Assembly (NCBI RefSeq): GCF_000018305.1 | Contig: NC_009954.1 | Span: forward strand, 1,290,001 to 1,322,000 | Direction of reading: 5' to 3' | From: Caldivirga maquilingensis IC-167 | GTDB taxonomy: Archaea > Thermoproteota > Thermoprotei > Thermoproteales > Thermocladiaceae | DNA length: 32,000 bases | Part shown: in pieces, positions 25,702 to 32,000 of the stretch | Layout of the letters: every line of letters begins with the position of its first letter | Position numbering within the stretch: the first letter of the stretch is position 1 | The notes under the pieces: model-generated | The model's database searches: none | What the model saw: the letters and a program-made list of their open reading frames with translations, nothing else | What the model was told of the DNA's origin: nothing | Position numbers and translations under genes: made by a program

Positions 25702-25839
25702 TAAATGCCTAATGTTGCGTCGGGTTAAAAACACTTGCGACTAAGCAATAGGTATCACCGCTTAATCATTAATCCCGTGAAGTAGCCTACATGTGGGAGC
25801 CTCATAATGCTTAAATATTGGTCCCCACGCTAATGGTTA

Positions 25840-27006
25840 ATGCTTATACTGCAGGTCCTCGGCCTACTCATAGTAATTGCCGCGGCGTCATCATCAATAC
25901 TATCCCTTTACTTTGAGGTTAAGTATTGGAGGAGCCTAAGGGATCCTGTTAATGATGGTGAGTATCCATCGGTTACAGTAATTATGCCAATTAGGGGTGT
26001 TGACCAGAATCTTGAGGGTAATGTTAGAAGTGTCCTTGAGCAGAAGTATCCTGCAGCCAAAGAGTACTTATTCATATTTGATGATGTTAATGATCCAGCC
26101 TACGGGTTAGTAAGCAGGATAATTGAAGGGTACAGTAACGCTAGGATAATTATTAATAACGCTGGTTCCAGTAAGGGTTCAGCCTTAGTTAAGGGTATTA
26201 ATGAGGCTAAGGGTGATGTTGTGGTTATTGTTGATAGTGACGCCTACGTTCACGATGAGTGGTTAATAAACCTGGTCAACCTACTTAAGGCTGGTTCAGG
26301 GGCTGCTACAACCTATAGGTTCTATGCACCATTAAGTAGGTTAAGCCTTGGTTTATTACTTAAGGCTAGCTTCAACATGATTGGGATAACTGCAATGCAG
26401 AATGATACAGCTAGATTCGCCTGGGGAGGTTCAACGGCTGTCTGGAGGAAACTAATACTGAAGTGGGAACTGGTGAAGTATCTACCCCACTATCTCAGTG
26501 ATGATTACGTTATAACGCATATGGTTCATAGAGATGGGTTAAAGGTGGGCTTCACCCCTAGGTCAATGGTGATTACACTGGAGGATTCTGGGGTGAAGGA
26601 TGCGTTTAAGTGGGCTGTTAGGCAACTCTGGTATGTTAAGGTATATGGCTTTAACGGCTTCATACTCTATACAGCATCATACACGCTTTACGCATTTACA
26701 CTACCAATAGCGTTGGCATTATCACTATTCATTAATTGGGTTATAATACTTGGGTTGGCACCATACCTAATCGGGGTGATTAAGGATTATTACAGGATTA
26801 GTAGGATTAGGTCCCAGGGAGTCTTCTACGCCAGTAATATTGGGGGCAGGTATGCCTACGCCTTAGCCGCTGCATCAATACTTAATGTCTACTTCTCCTG
26901 GCTTGCAATAATAGTAACCGCATTCACTAAGTCAATTAACTGGAGGGGTAGAGTTTTCACAATTCAAGATGTTAAGAGGGGTATTGAGTCAATGCCATTG
27001 CCTTAA
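25840..27006 (+). CDS. Integral-membrane family-2 glycosyltransferase (GT21/ceramide-glucosyltransferase-like architecture)
   Basis: N-terminal TM, GT-A domain (SVTVIMPIRGVD, VIVDSDAY as the DxD motif), and C-terminal TM helices. Confidence 0.8.
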   Translation: MLILQVLGLLIVIAAASSSILSLYFEVKYWRSLRDPVNDGEYPSVTVIMPIRGVDQNLEGNVRSVLEQKYPAAKEYLFIFDDVNDPAYGLVSRIIEGYSNARIIINNAGSSKGSALVKGINEAKGDVVVIVDSDAYVHDEWLINLVNLLKAGSGAATTYRFYAPLSRLSLGLLLKASFNMIGITAMQNDTARFAWGGSTAVWRKLILKWELVKYLPHYLSDDYVITHMVHRDGLKVGFTPRSMVITLEDSGVKDAFKWAVRQLWYVKVYGFNGFILYTASYTLYAFTLPIALALSLFINWVIILGLAPYLIGVIKDYYRISRIRSQGVFYASNIGGRYAYALAAASILNVYFSWLAIIVTAFTKSINWRGRVFTIQDVKRGIESMPLP

Positions 27007-27046
27007 TCAATGCTTCAGTTCACTAATTAGTAATTACGGTGATTGA

Positions 27047-27055
27047 TTTTTAAAC
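27047..27055 (+). promoter_or_regulatory. TATA box for the pirin gene
   Basis: tttttaaac is centred 25 nt upstream of the ATG at 27076. It lies inside the ORF-track 5' extension that starts at TTG 27043. Confidence 0.5.
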
Positions 27056-27075
27056 ATTTAATTGAATTGCAACCC

Positions 27076-27996
27076 ATGGTTAGGAAAACCGTGGAAGCCA
27101 TAATTAAGGGTACTTGGACTAGGGATGGTGCCGGTGTTAAATTATATAGGGTATTCGGTAGCCCTGAATTAGTGGATTTAATGGATCCATTCCTGTTACT
27201 TGATCATTTCGGTTCAAGGTATCCGCATGAGTACTTAATGGGTTTCCCATGGCACCCTCACAGGGGTATTGAAACCGTAACATACTTACTTAAGGGTGAG
27301 GTTCATCATAGGGATAGTACAGGGGTTAAGGGAGTATTGGGTGAGGGTGATGTTCAGTGGATGACTGCGGGTAGTGGGATATTTCATGAGGAGATGCCTA
27401 AGCCAGGTAGGAGGATGGTTAATGGGTCAGTTATAGAGGACCCTGAGGTCAGTGGTTTTCAGCTTTGGGTTAACTTACCTAGGGTAAGTAAAATGAGTAG
27501 GCCAAAGTACAGGAATTTAAGCAGAAACAGTGTGCCTAGGGTGATTCTTGATAATGGTGTGAAGGTTACGTTAATCTCAGGTAGAGTTAAGGCTCCTGGA
27601 TACGGGATCGTTGAGGGACCCATAAATGACTTAGCCACACCGGTTAATTACATTGATGTGTTAATTCCTGAGGAGTCTACGTTCAGTTATGAGGTTAAGG
27701 ATGGTTACACTGCGCTTATTTACGTCATTAATGGTTCATTAATCCCAGGTAATGAAGGTAACCCAGTTGCGTCAGGTCAACTGGTGGTTTACTCAAGGGA
27801 TGGTGGGGAAATTAACGTTAGGACCATGGATAAGCCAGCCAGATTCCTGCTCCTTGCAGGTAGACCAATTAATGAGCCTGTGGCTTGGTATGGACCAATA
27901 GTCATGAATACTTGGGATGAGTTGGAGGAGGCCTTCACAGAGTTAAGGGCAGGCACCTTCATTAAGCATGAACCTGAGGTTAATGATATTGATTAA
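27076..27996 (+). CDS. Pirin-family bicupin protein
   Basis: FPWHPHRGIETVTYLLKGEVHHRDS (metal-binding His cluster) and a two-cupin layout. Confidence 0.88.
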   Translation: MVRKTVEAIIKGTWTRDGAGVKLYRVFGSPELVDLMDPFLLLDHFGSRYPHEYLMGFPWHPHRGIETVTYLLKGEVHHRDSTGVKGVLGEGDVQWMTAGSGIFHEEMPKPGRRMVNGSVIEDPEVSGFQLWVNLPRVSKMSRPKYRNLSRNSVPRVILDNGVKVTLISGRVKAPGYGIVEGPINDLATPVNYIDVLIPEESTFSYEVKDGYTALIYVINGSLIPGNEGNPVASGQLVVYSRDGGEINVRTMDKPARFLLLAGRPINEPVAWYGPIVMNTWDELEEAFTELRAGTFIKHEPEVNDID

Positions 27997-27999
27997 GCG

Positions 28000-29480
28000 G
28001 AATTATTCACTAAACGCTCCTCAGCCCTACTCCTATACATGAGGTATATCGTTAACTGACCCCTTTCCCGTCTTAAAGGGTGGGGGTTTCGTTGGGGTCT
28101 TGGGTGTTACCCCCCTTTGTGGGGGCTACTTGGTTATGATCAATAAAGAAGGAGAGGGGGTTTTTCACTTCGTTTATGACTATTCCTACTCCTAGTTTCA
28201 TGATGTTTAATGCTCCATTTAAGTCTGCGTGTAGTTTATGACCATGTGGACATGAAATTACTCCCCTAGGTTTCCTCACAACTTCAACATCGTGAAAGGC
28301 GCATACTCTAGATGTGTTATACTCCACAACCTTCATGACCTTAATACCGTACTCTTGGGCTTTCAACAGAATAGCCTCAAATAGTTTTGAGTAAGACCAC
28401 ATATTCACTGTGAACTTGTTACCTTTATCTTGTGCAATGAGGTAAGGATACCCAACAATGAGGGTTGACACACCCATCTCGTACAACGTCTTCATTAGAT
28501 GAGATGCGAAGCTCCTATACAGATGGAGAAGGCGACGGTACAACTTTCCATATAATCTTCCTTCCTCTCTTCTTGCTTCCTCATAAGCCTCTAGCTCACC
28601 AGCATTCTTAGCCTTGCCTACTATTGATTGTACCTCAGCTATCCTCCTCTGAAAATAGAAGTAATCCTCCTTAGCTCTACTCTTATAGAGAATCCAAGTA
28701 CCATCATTCACAACAACACTAGCTAGAATGTTTATGCCTAGGTCAGCAGACGCCACCTTATTTCCTTTCGGTTGATAAAGCTGAATCCCTTTCCTTTCCC
28801 CTTTAACTATGAACTTACTCTCTTTTCCAGTCCGTGTTGTTGTAACACCAACCTCAACTGGAATATATGCATACCACCTGTTCCGAGTATCATCGTAATG
28901 AATCTCTAGCCTACCTTGTTTACCAAACCACCTCACTCTCCCGGCGAAGGGAATCTCTAGTTTAAAGTCCCTCAACACTAGCTTGTGGTTCTCAACATCC
29001 ACGTAGTACCTATCCTGTCTCACAACAAGGATTAACACTCTTCCCCCTCCTCTTTTCCAATAGCCTGGTGGGGAGGCTTTCTCACCCTTCTTCAGGAGAG
29101 AGAAGAATGATGACCACGCTTCATTATTCTTTTGAATAACTGCTTGTGCATTCACCTTTAGTATTCCCTTGTACTTCTCGTAGTATTTCTTATACGTTCC
29201 TTTGAAATCCATCTTCTGCTTGTTGAAGAATCGCCGTCTTCTTTCGTAATTCACTTCGTTGAAAAGTGATGTTGAGGCGTTAGCTAATCGTCCTAGTTCC
29301 CCCTCCTGTACATCATTTGGTAGAAGGCGAACAACCACTGTTCTAGTGGTACCCACGTCTGGCATAGTGAGGGTATTTCGGCCCCCACTCCACATTTTAG
29401 TAGAGTAACCAGACGCGGATACCACTAGGAGATTTATGAAAAAGAAAACTTAAAAACTCTACCCCGCCTTGAAAAGGCGA
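28000..29480 (-). mobile_element. IS200/IS605-family (IS1341-like) element carrying only tnpB; boundaries approximate
   Basis: A single TnpB ORF with no TnpA. Subterminal hairpins occur on both sides: CGCCTT-gaa-AAGGCG at 29465-29479, CCCTTT-n8-AAAGGG at 28061-28080, and CCTCA-n16-TGAGG at 28019-28044. It fills almost the whole gap between pirin and the MFS gene. Confidence 0.7.
28073..29425 (-). CDS. tnpB: TnpB (OrfB) RNA-guided endonuclease-type transposon protein
   Basis: RuvC motifs SADLGINILA (D228), VVEYNTS (E368) and HADLNGALNI (D401), plus a zinc-finger segment between E and D. N-terminal TRTVVVRLLP is a typical OrfB N-terminus. Alternative starts are the ATGs at 29395 and 29365. Confidence 0.88.
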   Translation of the reverse strand: MVSASGYSTKMWSGGRNTLTMPDVGTTRTVVVRLLPNDVQEGELGRLANASTSLFNEVNYERRRRFFNKQKMDFKGTYKKYYEKYKGILKVNAQAVIQKNNEAWSSFFSLLKKGEKASPPGYWKRGGGRVLILVVRQDRYYVDVENHKLVLRDFKLEIPFAGRVRWFGKQGRLEIHYDDTRNRWYAYIPVEVGVTTTRTGKESKFIVKGERKGIQLYQPKGNKVASADLGINILASVVVNDGTWILYKSRAKEDYFYFQRRIAEVQSIVGKAKNAGELEAYEEARREEGRLYGKLYRRLLHLYRSFASHLMKTLYEMGVSTLIVGYPYLIAQDKGNKFTVNMWSYSKLFEAILLKAQEYGIKVMKVVEYNTSRVCAFHDVEVVRKPRGVISCPHGHKLHADLNGALNIMKLGVGIVINEVKNPLSFFIDHNQVAPTKGGNTQDPNETPTL

Positions 29481-30559
29481 AGTTTGCCACCTCTTTTATC
29501 ACCAACTATTAATGATCCAGGTAAGGTGCTTATGCTCCTTGCAGTGTTGGTTATGGCGTTAGCGGCGACTCTTTCCTCATCCTTAAATATCTGCACCATA
29601 AACGCTTGCCGAGTCGGTACATCCATTTGAGAGACACTCTGCCTCAATAGGAGGAATATGAAGCTTCCCAGGAATGTTCCAGCCAACGGCACTAATATTA
29701 GGAAGACATTTGATACTATATGCGTATACACCATTGTTCTTAAATTACCAATCCTCTCAGCTATTAATGGTGCAATAATTAACGATAATGCTGTAACCAC
29801 GTTAACAATCATGAATACAACACCTAATTCCCTCAAGGATACGCCATAACGAATATAGAACCAGTATGATAATAATGACTGCGTCACCAACCCACCGCCG
29901 AATGCATCTATTGAGAATAATATTGATAGATTCCTAATATCAGCGACCGCAGACCTACTTAACCCCCTCAACCCTAAATCCCTCCTAGTGGTCTCAATAC
30001 CACTTAATGTGTTATAAACAATAATCATTATTAAACCAGCAAGGGCATAAATTAGGTACATTGACCTAATTACATGTATGTTATTCCCAAGGTAGGCTGG
30101 TAATGATGACGCAAGGGCGCCAATTGATGAAGCGGAGTAACCAATGAGATTGTAAACACCTAGGATCCTACCTAGCCTATCACCAGTAAACCTAGGTAAC
30201 ACGCCTGTTTCAATTGATTGAAAGGGACCAGCCTCAGTTCCTGTGGTGCTTATGTTACCTATAAGTAGTGCTAATGCCATTACTGGGTATAATGAGGATG
30301 AGAACAATAATATGCCTGAAATAAACATGAATAAACTAAGGATGATTAATAATCTTCTCCTACCAATTACGTCACCAAACCAGGTTAATAATATGTTTGA
30401 GAGAACATTGCCGAGAACCATAAGGAATAAAGAGGCACCCACATAAATGGGTGGGAAACCCAACATGGCTAAGTAAATGGGTGTCAGTACACTAACAATA
30501 CCGAAGACGAAGGTTCTCAGTCCCTTAATGAGTAAGATTAAGTAAACGTTCCTATGCAT
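29459..30559 (-). CDS. MFS-family transporter
   Basis: 366 aa, about 10-12 TM helices, with an MFS-like GDVIGRRR loop between TM2 and TM3. Confidence 0.8.
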   Translation of the reverse strand: MHRNVYLILLIKGLRTFVFGIVSVLTPIYLAMLGFPPIYVGASLFLMVLGNVLSNILLTWFGDVIGRRRLLIILSLFMFISGILLFSSSLYPVMALALLIGNISTTGTEAGPFQSIETGVLPRFTGDRLGRILGVYNLIGYSASSIGALASSLPAYLGNNIHVIRSMYLIYALAGLIMIIVYNTLSGIETTRRDLGLRGLSRSAVADIRNLSILFSIDAFGGGLVTQSLLSYWFYIRYGVSLRELGVVFMIVNVVTALSLIIAPLIAERIGNLRTMVYTHIVSNVFLILVPLAGTFLGSFIFLLLRQSVSQMDVPTRQAFMVQIFKDEERVAANAITNTARSISTLPGSLIVGDKRGGKLRLFKAG

Positions 30560-30651
30560 TGGCGAATCATTAGGTGGGATAGTATTAAAGTTTAATTGAG
30601 GTTTTGATTTAAGGAGACGTATGCATGAAGATTAGGCTTAGTTTATTCTAG

Positions 30652-30742
30652 TGGGCCCGCCGGGACTTGAACCCGGGATCTCCCGCTTTCTTGGCGTTAT
30701 GCCCGTAAGGCGGACATCCTAACCAGGCTAGACTACGGGCCC
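30652..30742 (-). tRNA. tRNA-Val (anticodon UAC) with a 16-nt canonical-position intron; CCA not encoded
   Basis: The reverse complement reads GGGCCCG-TA-GTCT-AGCCTGGTTA-GGAT-G-TCCGC-CTTACG[GGCATAACGCCAAGAA]A-GCGGG-AGATC-CCGGG-TTCAAGT-CCCGG-CGGGCCC-A. The intron (30688-30703) lies after position 37. The mature length is 75 nt. Confidence 0.88.
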
Positions 30743-30767
30743 CTTCCTATTGGCCATTGATCCGAGG

Positions 30768-30775
30768 TTTATTAA
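30768..30775 (-). promoter_or_regulatory. TATA box for tRNA-Val
   Basis: The minus strand reads ttaataaa 26-33 nt upstream of the tRNA 5' end. Confidence 0.5.
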
Positions 30776-30911
30776 GCTTAACCTACATTTATCCTTGATA
30801 AAACTCACTTAATGCATGGTGACTGGTTAAAATTAATTATGCTGAAATTCATGTATTGAATGAGTAACCTTGGTATCATATTTAAATAGGGGGTGAGTAT
30901 GAGGGTTCTTA

Positions 30912-31589
30912 ATGATGTTTCATAGAGAGTTAGCCATGATATATGAGGCCAGTGGTAAAACAATAGTTGAGTTCATCATAAGGCTTAATGAGGATAGGCC
31001 AGGCATATTAGCTGCGGTTTCCGATGTCTTCGCTGAGAATGGGGTGAACATAATTAATGCATCGTTTAATAGGCTCCAGAAGATGATTCATGTCATCGCT
31101 GACTTCACTAATTCAGTATCCTCAATAAGTGATGTTGAGAACATGCTTAGGAAATTCTCCTTCGTTTACGATGTTATGGAGAAGGTACTTAACAATGACG
31201 CTTACGTTTTAGCAACTTTATCCATACCAACATTTAATAATAACTACGTATTAGCCATAGATCATGATGTTTTCGAGAACCAGGTGAGTGAACCATTGTT
31301 AAACATACTGAGGAGCATGGGGAAGAAGGATGGGGAATTAATGCTAGGCATGTACGGCTCCTTTAAAGCCAGTGAATTAAGCATCCTCCAATTAAGAGGC
31401 TTGGGTAGGGTTCAGGTGCAATCAGCTGGTAACGCAACCATTATTAGGGTTTGCCGCGAGAACCTTAGTGAGGAGTTCTCTAAACTAATCCTAAGTTACC
31501 TTGAGGGTTTTACGGAATTATTCAATATTAAGACCCAGAATCAAGGCATTAGTGAATCATGCCTACAGGTTAAGGTAACATCATCTTGA
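30912..31589 (+). CDS. ACT-domain protein with unrecognised C-terminal domain
   Basis: The N-terminus IVEFIIRLNEDRPGILAAVSDVFAENGVNIINASF…IHVIADF has the ACT beta-alpha-beta-beta-alpha-beta pattern. catatttaaatagg TATA lies 28 nt upstream of the ATG. Confidence 0.6.
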   Translation: MMFHRELAMIYEASGKTIVEFIIRLNEDRPGILAAVSDVFAENGVNIINASFNRLQKMIHVIADFTNSVSSISDVENMLRKFSFVYDVMEKVLNNDAYVLATLSIPTFNNNYVLAIDHDVFENQVSEPLLNILRSMGKKDGELMLGMYGSFKASELSILQLRGLGRVQVQSAGNATIIRVCRENLSEEFSKLILSYLEGFTELFNIKTQNQGISESCLQVKVTSS

Positions 31590-31606
31590 CGCCACCTGGG
31601 CGAATT

Positions 31607-32000
31607 CTAGGTACGCAACTTAATTGAGTACGCGTTTAACGTTACCGTTAAGCTACTTAAAGCCATGGCCAGGCCGGCTAGTTCAGGCCTTAGGGTTAAG
31701 CCAGGTATTACGCCAGCTGCCACCGGTATTAGTATTATATTGTAGGCGAAGGCGTAAAATATGTTGAATTTAATGTTACTCACCACGGTTCTTGATAATC
31801 TTATGAGCCTTGGAATAGCCTTAAGGTTCCCTGAAACCAACACAACGTCCCCAGCCTCCTTGGCAACATCACTACCAGTACCCATTGCTATACCCACGTC
31901 GGCCTCATTAAGGGCAACAGCGTCGTTAATCCCATCACCAACCATGGCCACTGAACCATACTTAGTCTTAACCTCCCTAATAACCCTAGCCTTATCATCA
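31607..32000 (-). CDS. copA: Heavy-metal (Cu/Ag-type) P1B-type ATPase, C-terminal part (5' end outside window)
   Basis: The frame stays open to the window edge (…DDKARVIREVKTKYGSVAMVGDGINDAVALNEADVGIAMGTGSDVAKEAGDVVLV…). This covers the hinge motif GDGINDAPAL and the last two TM helices. Confidence 0.85.
   Translation of the reverse strand, partial: DDKARVIREVKTKYGSVAMVGDGINDAVALNEADVGIAMGTGSDVAKEAGDVVLVSGNLKAIPRLIRLSRTVVSNIKFNIFYAFAYNIILIPVAAGVIPGLTLRPELAGLAMALSSLTVTLNAYSIKLRT

Noticed and set aside
1-32000. A search for CRISPR arrays, rRNA genes, integrases/recombinases, and classical toxin-antitoxin or restriction-modification gene pairs.
   Set aside because: None found. No 24-40 nt direct repeats with regular spacing occur in any gap. 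No rRNA-like GC-rich structured stretch is present. The only mobile-element gene is tnpB.

Overview
This looks like a chromosomal window from a crenarchaeon. It is Thermoproteales-like, possibly Caldivirga or Vulcanisaeta, but that organism guess is low confidence. Support: AT-rich third codon positions, TATA boxes about 25-30 nt upstream of most start codons (leaderless mRNAs), an intron-containing tRNA, Alba, Topo VI, PaREP1, and an archaeal thiolase/DUF35/HMG-CoA synthase operon.

Most of the window is housekeeping:
- top6B (5' partial) and sucCD
- an RbkR-type riboflavin kinase/regulator, flanked by a HAD phosphatase and an EamA transporter
- Alba
- two cobamide genes (CbiF-like, CbiA)
- a Mo-oxidoreductase and an SDR
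- a UbiD/UbiA-type quinone pair
- the mevalonate-entry operon
- endonuclease V, RibL FAD synthase, a membrane GT2, pirin, an MFS transporter
- the 3' end of a CopA-type P-type ATPase
- tRNA-Gln(CUG) and an intron-containing tRNA-Val(UAC)

Accessory or unusual spots:
1. A single-ORF IS200/IS605-type element carries an apparently intact TnpB (RuvC D/E/D present, atypical Cys/His zinc finger). It sits between pirin and the MFS gene.
2. A patch at 13.9-16.7 kb holds a solo PaREP1/HEPN-like gene, a 722-bp ORF-poor gap, and a 475-aa orphan membrane-anchored, probably glycosylated protein. It ends at tRNA-Gln.
3. A well-formed candidate C/D box sRNA lies in the 117-bp gap at 19.3 kb.
4. An AnmK-family anhydro-sugar kinase and a beta-lactamase-fold serine hydrolase occur in an organism expected to lack murein.
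5. A decayed MobA/MocA-like gene remnant lies upstream of Alba.

I found no CRISPR array, no rRNA and no recognisable multi-gene defence system. All homology calls come from motif recognition by eye, not from searches.
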